Below are positions 25,380 through 34,325 of a DNA stretch of 64,000 nucleotides, piece by piece. The notes beneath the pieces were generated by a model. It saw only the letters and a program-made list of their open reading frames with translations, had not been told where the DNA came from and ran no database searches. The stretch is from the NCBI GenBank assembly GCA_964590905.1, contig CAZPYU010000285.1, forward strand, positions 488 to 64,487, written 5' to 3'. Position numbers and translations under genes: made by a program. Numbering within the stretch: position 1 is the stretch's first letter; each line of letters starts with the position of its first letter. Source of the stretch: an uncultured Thermoanaerobaculia bacterium (GTDB lineage: Bacteria; Acidobacteriota; Thermoanaerobaculia; Multivoradales; JAGPDF01).

Positions 25380-27617
25380 ATGCCCGCGCTGCCCAAGCGC
25401 CAGCCGCCGCCCCCCGTTCCGGCTCCACCTGCGCCCGATCTGAAGGCGATCGTCAGCAAGCTCGAGGAGCACGGTCGCAACGTCGATCACGCGCACCTCG
25501 AGCGCGTCTGGAGCTTCTCGGCGGAGATGCACGCGGGGCAGTTGCGCCGTTCGGGAGAGCCCTACCTGACCCATCCGGCGAGCGTCGCATGGCTGATCGC
25601 CGACCTCCGCCTCGACGAGACCAGCGTGGCCGTGGGCCTTCTTCACGACGTGCTCGAGGACACGCTCACGACGAAGGAAGAGCTCGAGAGTCGATTCGGG
25701 TCCGAGATCGCGGAGCTGGTCGACGGGGTCACCAAGATCGGACGCCACCTCTACGTGCGTCGCGACGAGGCGCAGGCCGAGACCTTCCGCAAGATGTTGC
25801 TCGCCTCGGCGCGCGACCTGCGAGTCGTGCTGGTGAAGCTTGCCGATCGCTGGCACAACATGATGACCCTGGCGGCGATGTCGACCGAGGAGCGACGCCG
25901 CATCGCTCAAGAGACTCTCGAGATCTACGCGCCCACCGCCAACCGGCTCGGCATGGCGAAGGTCAAGGGCGATCTGGAAGACCTGGCGTTCTACTACCTC
26001 TATCCTCTCCAATATGCCGTCCTTCATGCCAAGGTGCAGGAGAAGCTGAAGGTCGGGAAAAGACAGATCCGCGACATCGCCGAACGCTTGGAGGCCAGCC
26101 TCGCGGAGGCCGGCATCGAAGCGGAGATCAGTCATCGCGTCAAGCGCTACTACTCGATCTTCGGCAAGCTGCGCCGACAGGACATCGACATCTCGGAACT
26201 CTACGACTATCTCGCCTATCGCGTCGTTACTACCAACGTGCGCGATTGCTATGCGGCGCTCGGCACCGTCCATCAGAGCTGGCGACCGATTCCGGGTCGC
26301 TTCAAGGACTACCTGGCGATGCCGAAGCCGAATCTCTACCAGTCCCTCCACACCACGGTTCTCGGCTCGGGCGGCCAGCCGTTCGAGGTCCAGATCCGCA
26401 CTCGCGAGATGGACCTCGTTGCGGAGCAGGGGATCGCGGCGCACTGGCGTTACAAGGAAGGCAGGGCTGAAGGCGTTGGGAAAGACGAGGCCGTCGGTTG
26501 GCTGCGCAGGCTGCTGGAGTTTCAGACCGACGCGAGCGATTCGCGCACCTTCCTCTCGTCCCTCAAGCTCGACCTCTACCCGGACGAGGTCTACGTCTTC
26601 TCTCCCAAGGGCGATGTCTTCTCCCTGCCGCGCGACGCCACGCCGCTCGATTTCGCTTACCGCATCCACACCGATCTCGGCCACCACTGCACCGGCGCGC
26701 GAGTCAACGGCCGTCTGGTGCCGCTGCGCACGCCACTTCGGACCGGCGACGTGGTCGAGATCTCGACCAGTCCGAGCCGACGCCCGAGTCGTGACTGGCT
26801 CGGTTTCGTGGTCACCTCCAAGGCCAAGACTCGGATCCGGCACTGGATCAACACCCAGCAGACCGAGCAGGCGATCGAGGTCGGACGGCGCCTCTTCGAG
26901 AAGGAGTTGCAGCGGTTCCGAGTCTCGCCGAAGGAGGTCTTGGGCGGCGAGCGCTTCAAGGCGCTGCTCCACGAGCTCGGTCTGGCCCGACCCGAGGATC
27001 TGCTGGCCCGGCTCGGCTACGGCAAGGCGTCGGCGGCGCAGATCGTCGCCCGCGCGTTGGCGCCCGAGCAGGTCTCGTCGCCGCCGGCGGAGCCCGGCAG
27101 GTTGCGGCGGGTCTTCGATCGGCTAGTCGACGGCGCCCCCGCGGGTCCGGTTCTGGTGCGTGGGGAGGGGGATCTCCTGGTCGTGCTCGCCAGCTGCTGT
27201 AAGCCCGTTCCCGGGGAGGAGATTGTCGGCTACGTGACGCGTGGTCGCGGCATTTCGGTACATTCGGTCGACTGCCCGAACGTCAAGAATTTGCTCTACA
27301 ACCCAGAGCGCGAGATCGAGGTCGCCTGGGCCGAGGAGAAGGGCGGGCTCTACGCGGTGGCCCTAGTGCTCGAAACCGAAGATCGGCACGGCATGCTCGC
27401 CAAGCTCACCGAGGCGATCGCCAAGCTCGATACCAACATCCGGCAGATCGAGGCCGACACGCAGCGGCCGGGGCGCGGCAACATCGAGCTCGTCGTCGAC
27501 GTGCACGATCGCGCCCACCTCGACCGCGTTCGCCAGGCGCTACGCAGTCTTCCCGGCGTGCTCGAGGTCAATCGCAGAATGTCGGGATCGAGCAGCCGGT
27601 CGGGAACTACGGGGTAG
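25380..27617 (+). CDS. rel: bifunctional (p)ppGpp synthetase/hydrolase (RelA/SpoT homolog)
   Basis: HD hydrolase (YLTHP...LLHDVLEDT), synthetase (YRSLHT-like QSLHTTV), TGS and C-terminal ACT regions. Start at ATG 25380 inside track ORF 24957..27617. Confidence 0.9.
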   Translation: MPALPKRQPPPPVPAPPAPDLKAIVSKLEEHGRNVDHAHLERVWSFSAEMHAGQLRRSGEPYLTHPASVAWLIADLRLDETSVAVGLLHDVLEDTLTTKEELESRFGSEIAELVDGVTKIGRHLYVRRDEAQAETFRKMLLASARDLRVVLVKLADRWHNMMTLAAMSTEERRRIAQETLEIYAPTANRLGMAKVKGDLEDLAFYYLYPLQYAVLHAKVQEKLKVGKRQIRDIAERLEASLAEAGIEAEISHRVKRYYSIFGKLRRQDIDISELYDYLAYRVVTTNVRDCYAALGTVHQSWRPIPGRFKDYLAMPKPNLYQSLHTTVLGSGGQPFEVQIRTREMDLVAEQGIAAHWRYKEGRAEGVGKDEAVGWLRRLLEFQTDASDSRTFLSSLKLDLYPDEVYVFSPKGDVFSLPRDATPLDFAYRIHTDLGHHCTGARVNGRLVPLRTPLRTGDVVEISTSPSRRPSRDWLGFVVTSKAKTRIRHWINTQQTEQAIEVGRRLFEKELQRFRVSPKEVLGGERFKALLHELGLARPEDLLARLGYGKASAAQIVARALAPEQVSSPPAEPGRLRRVFDRLVDGAPAGPVLVRGEGDLLVVLASCCKPVPGEEIVGYVTRGRGISVHSVDCPNVKNLLYNPEREIEVAWAEEKGGLYAVALVLETEDRHGMLAKLTEAIAKLDTNIRQIEADTQRPGRGNIELVVDVHDRAHLDRVRQALRSLPGVLEVNRRMSGSSSRSGTTG

Positions 27618-27646
27618 GCCGCCGAATCGGTTTCGGGCTGCCCGGT

Positions 27647-27877
27647 TCAGGAGCCGGCGGCGAGCTCGGCGAGGATCCGCTTGCGCGAGACCGGGCGCTT
27701 GAGGAGCCCGCTCCGCAGGCAGCGCGCGCAGACTCGAACGGTTCGCACGGTGCCGTCGATCACCGCTTTAACCGAGCGCAAATTAGGTTCGAAGGTGCGC
27801 GCGGTAACGTTATGCGCGTGGCTGATCTGACGACCTGTGGCGGTCGATTTCGCGCAGAATTCACATCTCTTGGCCAT
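27647..27877 (-). CDS. rpmB: 50S ribosomal protein L28
   Basis: MAKRCEFCAKSTATGRQISHAHNVTARTFEPNL... GGAG lies upstream of the ATG. Confidence 0.9.
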   Translation of the reverse strand: MAKRCEFCAKSTATGRQISHAHNVTARTFEPNLRSVKAVIDGTVRTVRVCARCLRSGLLKRPVSRKRILAELAAGS

Positions 27878-27916
27878 GCGGGGCTCCTGGCGATGGATGG
27901 TACCGACGAGCTGCTC

Positions 27917-27945
27917 ATTGTACTTCGCTGCCGCCCGAGCAACAA
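27917..27945 (-). promoter_or_regulatory. putative sigma70-type promoter of rpmB (TTGTTG-17 nt-TACAAT)
   Basis: Minus strand reads TTGTTGctcgggcggcagcgaagTACAAT. It sits about 40 nt upstream of the rpmB ATG, with caGGAGcc between. Confidence 0.4.
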
Positions 27946-28056
27946 CTCGGCGAAGGAAGAAGAGGAAGAAGGGAGTGCTCGTAGAACGAGCTTCGATGGC
28001 CTTTGTAGGGTTGTGGAGTCCTGCACAGGGGCTTGGGCAGCCAGCGGTCCATTCGC

Positions 28057-28085
28057 TTGACAGGCCTTGGGGTTGCTGTTACGTT
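28057..28085 (+). promoter_or_regulatory. putative sigma70-type promoter of the pil operon (TTGACA-17 nt-TACGTT)
   Basis: Perfect -35 hexamer TTGACA, a 17-nt spacer, then TACGTT. It lies about 90 nt upstream of the pilM start. Confidence 0.35.
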
Positions 28086-28172
28086 GCTCGACGGTTCAAG
28101 GCGTAGAGAGCTGCTGCGCCCCCAGTCTGATTGGGGGTCGCCGAACTCGATGGAGAGGGGGTAGATCGCACC

Positions 28173-29228
28173 GTGCTGTTTGCGCGTTCGAAGGGCCTGG
28201 TGGGTCTCGACATCGGCAGCTCCGCGATGAAGCTTGTCGAGCTCAAGGAGCGCAAGGGCGAATTCTGGCTCCAGCGCCTCGGAGTCGAACCGCTGTCGCC
28301 CGAGGCGATCGTTGACGGTTCGATCATGGACTCCTCGCTCGTCGTCGACGCCATCCATCGCCTCAACGAAGCGACTGGAACCAAGCTCCAGGACTACGCG
28401 ACCTCGCTCTCGGGTCACTCGGTCATCATCAAGAAGATCTCGATTCCGGCCATGGCGGCCGAGGACCTGTCGGAGCAGATCCGCTGGGAGGCCGAGCAGT
28501 ACATCCCGTTCGATATCAACGACGTTCGATTGGACTACGTGGTCCTGTCGGAGGGCGTCTCGGGTGGGGAGAACATGGACGTTCTCCTGGTGGCCGTCAA
28601 GCGCGACAAGGTCAACGACTACGTCTCGGTCATCAGCCAGGCGGGCAAGACCCCGGTGCTGGTCGACGTCGACGCTTTCGCGGTCCAGAACGCTTACGAG
28701 GTCAACTACGAGATCGATCCACTGAAGGTGGTGGCGCTGGTCAATATCGGTGCCAGCGTCACCAATATCAACGTGCTGGTGCGCGGGCAGACCTCGTTCT
28801 GGCGCGACATCTCGGCGGGCGGCAACCAGTTTACCGAGGCGCTCCAGCGCGAGTTCAACCTCTCGTTCGAGCAGGCTGAGCGCTTGAAGCGCGGCCAAGC
28901 AGTCGAGCGCTATCAGCCCTCCGACGCGCGCACTATTCTCGACAGCATCTCCGGGGAGCTGGCTTCCGAGATCCAGAAGACCTTCGACTTCTTCGCCGCG
29001 ACTTCTTCGGAGGGGCCGGTTGACGAGATTGTTCTCTCTGGAGGGTGCGCCCTAACGCCGAACTTGCAGCAGGTTCTGCGCGAACGGTTCGGGGTGCCGA
29101 CCGAGATGCTGGATCCGCTACGCAGAGTCCATCATCGCGAGGGCGACTTCGATCGCGAGTGGTTGCGGTCGATCTCGCCGATGTTGGCGGTGGCGATCGG
29201 GCTGGCGATGCGGAAGCAGGGAGATTGA
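28173..29228 (+). CDS. pilM: type IV pilus assembly protein PilM
   Basis: VLFARSKGLVGLDIGSSAMKLVEL, an actin-like ATPase fold pattern. GTG 28173 is preferred (purine-rich ggagaggggg upstream); TTG 28131 is an alternative start. Confidence 0.85.
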   Translation: MLFARSKGLVGLDIGSSAMKLVELKERKGEFWLQRLGVEPLSPEAIVDGSIMDSSLVVDAIHRLNEATGTKLQDYATSLSGHSVIIKKISIPAMAAEDLSEQIRWEAEQYIPFDINDVRLDYVVLSEGVSGGENMDVLLVAVKRDKVNDYVSVISQAGKTPVLVDVDAFAVQNAYEVNYEIDPLKVVALVNIGASVTNINVLVRGQTSFWRDISAGGNQFTEALQREFNLSFEQAERLKRGQAVERYQPSDARTILDSISGELASEIQKTFDFFAATSSEGPVDEIVLSGGCALTPNLQQVLRERFGVPTEMLDPLRRVHHREGDFDREWLRSISPMLAVAIGLAMRKQGD

Positions 29229-29230
29229 CG

Positions 29231-29911
29231 ATGGTCAAGATCAATCTTCTGGCCGAAGGTAAGCGCCCGATCATCTCGCGCAAGGCGAAGCAGCCTTTGC
29301 TGCAGCTCTCCGGTGCCAACGCCGCCAACTTCGGCTTGCTGGCGATCGGGGTGGCGAGCGTGATCTCCGCCGCGATCTGGTACTACCTGATGGAGAAGAA
29401 GATCGAGCGTAAGGACGACGAGATCCAGATCGCGCAAAAAGAGGTCGACGAGCTCCAGCAGGTCATCAAGGAGGTCGAAGAGTTCAAGCGCCGGCGGGAC
29501 GAGCTGGCGCGCAAGGTCCAGATCATCACTGACCTGAAGAACAACCAGCGCGGCCCGGTACAGATCATGGACGAGGTCTCGCGTGCCCTGCCCGAGCTGC
29601 TCTGGCTGACCAGCATGGACGTCAGTGCGAACGCGATCAGTTTCAACGGCGTCGCATTCAACATGTCGGCGGTGGCGAACTTCATCGACAACCTCGATGC
29701 CGTCGAACCGTTCTCGGAGCCGATTCTCGAGGACACGACGCTCGGCGCCGGAGGGCCGAGCGGGGTCTACAACTTCCGTCTCAACCTCGGCTACTCGTTC
29801 GTGAAGCCGGCGCCGGTCGCCGCGGCCAGTTCCGCCGCCGGAGCGGCTCGAGCGGGCACCGTAGCGACGAGAGCTCCGGCGCAGGTTGCGCCCGACCGCG
29901 GAGCGGAGTGA
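29231..29911 (+). CDS. pilN: type IV pilus assembly protein PilN
   Basis: MVKINLLAEGKR, a single TM segment, a coiled coil and the PilN core. Lies 2 nt after the pilM stop. Confidence 0.8.
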   Translation: MVKINLLAEGKRPIISRKAKQPLLQLSGANAANFGLLAIGVASVISAAIWYYLMEKKIERKDDEIQIAQKEVDELQQVIKEVEEFKRRRDELARKVQIITDLKNNQRGPVQIMDEVSRALPELLWLTSMDVSANAISFNGVAFNMSAVANFIDNLDAVEPFSEPILEDTTLGAGGPSGVYNFRLNLGYSFVKPAPVAAASSAAGAARAGTVATRAPAQVAPDRGAE

Positions 29912-29915
29912 CGCC

Positions 29916-30518
29916 ATGGCGATGCAAACCGGTCTCGAAGGGAAGCCCTGGTGGCACGGCATCGCGTTGGGCGGAGTCGTCGCGGTGGTGCTGCTCGGAG
30001 CCTTCTACTACTTCATGGCGAAACCGCGTTACGAACGGATGCAAGCCCAGGACCAGAAGATCACCGAGCTGCAGGCGAAGATCCAGGAGGGGCGCGCGGC
30101 GAAGGAGAAGCTGCCGCAATTCCGCGAAGAGGTTCGTCGCTTGGAGCTGGAGCTGGAGAAGTTGCTGCGCATACTGCCCGCTCGCCGCAACACGCCGGAG
30201 CTGTTGCGCCGAATCCGCCAGTTGGCCGAGCAAGGGAACTTCTCGCTGCTTCGGTTCACGCCCGGCAACTTCGTCGACCGGGAGTTCTACAGCGAGTGGC
30301 CGATTACGGTGAACCTGACCGGCAGCTACCACAAGCTGGCGATGTTCTTCGACCGCATCGGTCGTTTCTCGCGAATCATCAACATCGACAACCTCAGAAT
30401 TACCACTACGAATCGTGCAGGCGAGCACACCGTCTCCTCGAATTTCATCGCCCGGACCTTTATCTACAAGGAGACGCCGCCACCGGCGCCAGCGGCGCCG
30501 GTGGGGGCAGGTCAATGA
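29916..30518 (+). CDS. pilO: type IV pilus assembly protein PilO
   Basis: N-terminal TM segment, a coiled coil (ITELQAKIQEGRAAKEKLPQFREEV) and a PilO-type C-terminal domain (WPITVNLTGSYHKLAMFFDRIGRFSRIINI). Confidence 0.75.
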   Translation: MAMQTGLEGKPWWHGIALGGVVAVVLLGAFYYFMAKPRYERMQAQDQKITELQAKIQEGRAAKEKLPQFREEVRRLELELEKLLRILPARRNTPELLRRIRQLAEQGNFSLLRFTPGNFVDREFYSEWPITVNLTGSYHKLAMFFDRIGRFSRIINIDNLRITTTNRAGEHTVSSNFIARTFIYKETPPPAPAAPVGAGQ

Positions 30519-31072
30519 ACATGGCTCGCTGTTGCGCACTGATTCCGTACGCTGCGGCGACGGAGAGACGACGAATGTATCGGCGCTTCGCTTCCGCGTC
30601 GTGGATGCTGATCGCTTCCATGGCTCTGGCGCAGCAGCCGGCTCCCGAGCCGGTGGTCGGCGGAGGCTCGACCCCGACCCCGGAGGCCGCGGCGAAGATC
30701 GAGGAGATGCTGGAGGGCGAGGAGGCGGTTTTGCAGGGAGTGGTCTCCAGCTACGACCCTGCCAACCGCCGCGACCCGTTTCAGTCGCTGCTCCTCCGCG
30801 TTCAGCAGAAGGATGCGAAGCGGCCCGAGGGCGTTCCCGGGGCACTGATCGACGAGATCGAGATTCGAGGGATCTTTCGCACCTCGAAGGGCTACGTCGC
30901 ACAGATCGCGGTACAGAACCAGCAGAAGAACTACCTCGTGCGAGAAGGGGAGCAGGTCTACGACGGCGACGTGCTCCGCATCGAGAAGAATGAAGTGGTC
31001 TTCCGGCAGATCGTCAATGACCCGACGGTCGTCAAGCCGTTCCGAGAAGTGGTCAAGAAGCTCCTCCCATAG
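30515..31072 (+). CDS. pilP: type IV pilus assembly protein PilP-like
   Basis: ATGA overlap with pilO. RRDPFQSL motif and a beta-rich C-terminus (IRGIFRTSKGYVAQIAV...YLVREGEQVYDGDVLRIEKNEVVF). ATG 30575 is an alternative start. Confidence 0.65.
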   Translation: MNMARCCALIPYAAATERRRMYRRFASASWMLIASMALAQQPAPEPVVGGGSTPTPEAAAKIEEMLEGEEAVLQGVVSSYDPANRRDPFQSLLLRVQQKDAKRPEGVPGALIDEIEIRGIFRTSKGYVAQIAVQNQQKNYLVREGEQVYDGDVLRIEKNEVVFRQIVNDPTVVKPFREVVKKLLP

Positions 31073-31115
31073 CCGGGCGTGATGTCTAGAGTGCGACGCT
31101 ACGGAGGCGGACGAA

Positions 31116-33698
31116 ATGGGTGACGCGGTGAAGGGGAAAGGGATGCTACGAACGAACCGGTTCGGGCTCGTCGCCGTGGCGGCAGTCCTCGTTTGGGGAT
31201 GCGCGTCGGTGGGGTCGAGAGAAGCGGACTCCGCCGCCTCGTCGAGCAACGCGGCCATTGCCTCGACAGCGGCAGAGGCGGCGGTCGCCGAGATCGCGAT
31301 TCTCGAAGTCTTCGATGCGGCGCCCGGCGCCTGGATCGAAGTGGTTTCGAACGGTCCTCTGGTGTGGACGACCTATCGCGACGATCCCGGCAACTTGGTT
31401 GTAGAGCTTCCTAATTCGCGCCCGGCGTCCGAGCTCGTCAACCGCGCCTACGCCAGCGGCCTGGTCTCGTCGGTGCGAATCTCGGGCAGCGGTTCGGAGG
31501 CGCGGCCGTTGACTCGGCTGGTTATCGCGACTCGAATCGAGAGCGAGCATCGCCTCGACGTGCGCGGCTCGACGCTGCGCATCGACCTGACGCCGAGCGG
31601 TCAGGAGTTCGCGGCGAAGGCGCCTTCTGCGCTGATTCCCCTCGCCGCGGTCACCGCGCCGCTTTCTCCGGCTCCGCTGCCGCCGCTGGCGCCCTCGGAA
31701 CCGATCAGTGTGGCGGAGGCCGAGCCGGTGATCGAACCACTCGCTTACGCCGAACCGATCGAGGCGCCAGCGACAATCGAGGAATCGGCGCTGGCGAGCG
31801 CGACGGCTTACACGGGAACGGCAGACGCACCGGTCGTTGTGCCGGCGTCGAGCGCCTTGCGGGCCTCCGAGCTGCGCCAGATCACGCCCATCGGTGACGC
31901 GACCGTGCAGATCGCCGGCAACGGCGAGTTCGCCTACTCGACTTTCCGGTTGGAGAACCCGGAGCGCTTCGTCATCGACCTCGAGGGGGTCTTGAACCGC
32001 ACCGACCGCGGTTCGATCGAGGTCGAAGACGGCGCCTTGACGCGGGTCCGCGTCTCGCAGTTCAAGACTGCTCCCGAACCGGTCTCGCGGGTCGTTTTCG
32101 ATCTGCGGTCGCCCGCCGTCCCGGCGATCGAACGGACCGCGCAGGGTCTCCTCGTCCGCTTTGGAGGCCAGCTCGCGGTCGACGCTGTCGAAATGCGGGA
32201 GTCGGAGCCAGCTCGTACGGCGCCCGCCGTCGTCGTTCCGCCCGTGGTCTCGTTGGCGCCACCGGCACCCGCACCGTTGCAACCTTCCTTTGCACCGACA
32301 ACGGATGTCGAGTCTTTCGCTGCCGCGGCGACGCCAGCGCCCTCGGCTGTGCCCCCAGTCTCGTTGGGGGTTGCCGAATTCGAAGCGCAAGACGTCAAGC
32401 CCGAGGCGCAGCCCGAGCCGGGGGTTCCGCGGCTTACGCCGGCGTTCGTCGCCGGACAGACCCAGATAAGAGGCCAAAAAGAGTACACCGGCGAGCCGAT
32501 CAGTCTCAGCCTGCGCGACAACGAGATTACCGAGGTACTGCGCGCGTTCGCCAAGATCACCGGGCTCAACGTCGTCATCCAACCTGGCGTTCGCGGCACG
32601 GTCACCGTCGAGCTCGAGAAGGTTCCGTGGGATCAGGCGCTGGATCAGATTCTCAAGATCAACGGGCTGGGCTACGAGCTCGAAGGCAACATCATGCGCG
32701 TTGCCCCCTTGAGCGTCCTCGAGGAGGAGGCGAAGAGGACGCAGTCGTTGGTGGCGGCGCAGGCGTTGTCGATCCCGCTCCGAACCGTCGTCAAGCGGAT
32801 CAGCTACTCGACGGCAACGGAGATCGCCAGTCTCCTCGGGGGCGGCGCCGGCGTCATGTCGGCGCGCGGCACGGTGGTCGTCGACGCGCGGACCAACACG
32901 ATCATCCTGAAGGAGCTCCCGAACTACATCGACACCGTGTTGGCGATCATCGAGACTCTCGACACGCCGGAGCCGCAGGTGATGATCGAGGCCAAGATCA
33001 TCGAGACCACCAAGCAGTTCTCGCGCTCGCTCGGTGTCGCTTGGGGGTATACCGCCATCGCCGACCAGGCGCACGGCAACACGACTGGGCTGCAGTTCCC
33101 CTACCACGGGGCCAGCACGGGGGGTATCGAGCTGCTCTCGGGGGGAGCAAACGGCTTTATCAATCTGGCGCTCGGAAACGTGCTCGACACTTTCACGCTC
33201 AACGCGCGCCTCCAGGTCGCCGAAGCCGAGGGTCTGATCAATGTGCTCTCGGCGCCCAAGATCGTCACGCTCAACAACAATGCCGCGAATATCCAGAGCG
33301 GCCTCCAGATCCCGATCCAGACCGTCGCCAACAACACGGTTTCGGTACAGTTCGTGAATGCCACGCTGCAGCTGAGAGTGACGCCGCACGTGACCGCGGA
33401 AGGAACCGTGCTACTCGATATCGACGTTCAGAAGCGCGAGCCGCAGTTCGCGTTTCAGATCGCGGGCTCGTCCGGGGCGCCGATCTCGACCAAGGACGCC
33501 AAGACGCGCGTTATCGTGCGCGACGGCGGCACGACAGTCATCGGTGGCATCTACAAGGTCACCTCCGACCAGGGCCAAGACCGTGTACCCGGGCTGTCGA
33601 ACGTGCCGCTTCTGGGCCACCTGTTCAAGAACCGCCGAGCGCGCAGCGACAACGACGAGCTCCTAATCTTCGTCAGTCCGCGAGTGATCAAACTCTGA
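31116..33698 (+). CDS. pilQ: type IV pilus secretin PilQ with two N-terminal AMIN domains
   Basis: Two AMIN-like repeats, an Ala/Pro linker, N0/N1 domains and the secretin core (...VLSAPKIVTLNNNAANIQSG...VPGLSNVPLLGHLFKN...ELLIFVSPRVI). ATG 31143 is an alternative start. Confidence 0.9.
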   Translation: MGDAVKGKGMLRTNRFGLVAVAAVLVWGCASVGSREADSAASSSNAAIASTAAEAAVAEIAILEVFDAAPGAWIEVVSNGPLVWTTYRDDPGNLVVELPNSRPASELVNRAYASGLVSSVRISGSGSEARPLTRLVIATRIESEHRLDVRGSTLRIDLTPSGQEFAAKAPSALIPLAAVTAPLSPAPLPPLAPSEPISVAEAEPVIEPLAYAEPIEAPATIEESALASATAYTGTADAPVVVPASSALRASELRQITPIGDATVQIAGNGEFAYSTFRLENPERFVIDLEGVLNRTDRGSIEVEDGALTRVRVSQFKTAPEPVSRVVFDLRSPAVPAIERTAQGLLVRFGGQLAVDAVEMRESEPARTAPAVVVPPVVSLAPPAPAPLQPSFAPTTDVESFAAAATPAPSAVPPVSLGVAEFEAQDVKPEAQPEPGVPRLTPAFVAGQTQIRGQKEYTGEPISLSLRDNEITEVLRAFAKITGLNVVIQPGVRGTVTVELEKVPWDQALDQILKINGLGYELEGNIMRVAPLSVLEEEAKRTQSLVAAQALSIPLRTVVKRISYSTATEIASLLGGGAGVMSARGTVVVDARTNTIILKELPNYIDTVLAIIETLDTPEPQVMIEAKIIETTKQFSRSLGVAWGYTAIADQAHGNTTGLQFPYHGASTGGIELLSGGANGFINLALGNVLDTFTLNARLQVAEAEGLINVLSAPKIVTLNNNAANIQSGLQIPIQTVANNTVSVQFVNATLQLRVTPHVTAEGTVLLDIDVQKREPQFAFQIAGSSGAPISTKDAKTRVIVRDGGTTVIGGIYKVTSDQGQDRVPGLSNVPLLGHLFKNRRARSDNDELLIFVSPRVIKL

Positions 33699-33720
33699 GT
33701 CGGACAGGAGAGCCATCGCC

Positions 33721-34293
33721 ATGAACCGCCACACCCGAATCTCCGCTCTCGCGTTGACCCTGCTCGCCATCCTGGGTTGCGAGACGCGGACCGACAAGGC
33801 CGATGACGGAGGGATCCTGCTCAGCGTCTCCGACTTCAACGGCCTGCCGCTGGTCGTCGACTCGTTCGGCCGCGAGGGCTCCGGCTTGCCGGCGGACTTC
33901 TATGCCCAGATCGAATCGATCACGGTCACCTCGATCGTCAAGAACTCCGGCCAACCAGTCAGCGAGCTGATGACAGTCGAGATCGAAAGCTACGACGTCA
34001 CCTTCGCGCGTGACGACTTCGGCACCCGCACGCCGCCGCGCTTGAAGAACTTCATCTTCGGCACTGTCGAGGCCGGCGGCACCTTCCAGCTCGACAACGG
34101 TCCCTTCATGCGTCCCGACCAGTTCAACAACCAGCCGATCAAGGACCTGCGGGAGCTGGGGTTCGATCCCGAGACCGGCAGCACGATCATCCGGGTGAGA
34201 GTTGGAATTCAGTTCTTCGGCAGGACGATTTCGGGCGACGTCGCGGAGTCCGAACCCGCCTTCTTCACCCTCGAACTCGTTCCGGAAGTGTGA
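33721..34293 (+). CDS. hypothetical lipoprotein encoded directly after pilQ
   Basis: AGGAG-type RBS. Lipobox LLAILGC at residues 15-20. The 190-aa sequence is beta-rich, and I recognise no family. Confidence 0.5.
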   Translation: MNRHTRISALALTLLAILGCETRTDKADDGGILLSVSDFNGLPLVVDSFGREGSGLPADFYAQIESITVTSIVKNSGQPVSELMTVEIESYDVTFARDDFGTRTPPRLKNFIFGTVEAGGTFQLDNGPFMRPDQFNNQPIKDLRELGFDPETGSTIIRVRVGIQFFGRTISGDVAESEPAFFTLELVPEV

Positions 34294-34325
34294 GACGGCG
34301 CCCCCCAGGAGCGCGGAGAACATCC

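Noticed and set aside
27622-27636. Small hairpin CCGAAtcggtTTCGG between the convergent rel and rpmB genes, considered as a bidirectional terminator.
   Set aside because: The stem is only 5 bp and has no adjacent T/A tract. That is too weak to call.
29231-30518. Visibly lower GC and Lys/Glu/Ile-rich coding in pilN/pilO, as a possible sign of horizontal transfer.
   Set aside because: The composition is explained by coiled-coil, charged protein segments. The flanking pilM, pilP and pilQ genes are contiguous and coupled, and no mobility genes or direct repeats flank the region.
31143-31205. Possible lipobox (VLVWG-C) at the PilQ N-terminus, which would suggest a self-piloting liposecretin.
   Set aside because: Trp at position -2 is not allowed by the usual lipobox consensus, so the call is too weak. 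I kept it only as a caveat in the pilotin hypothesis.
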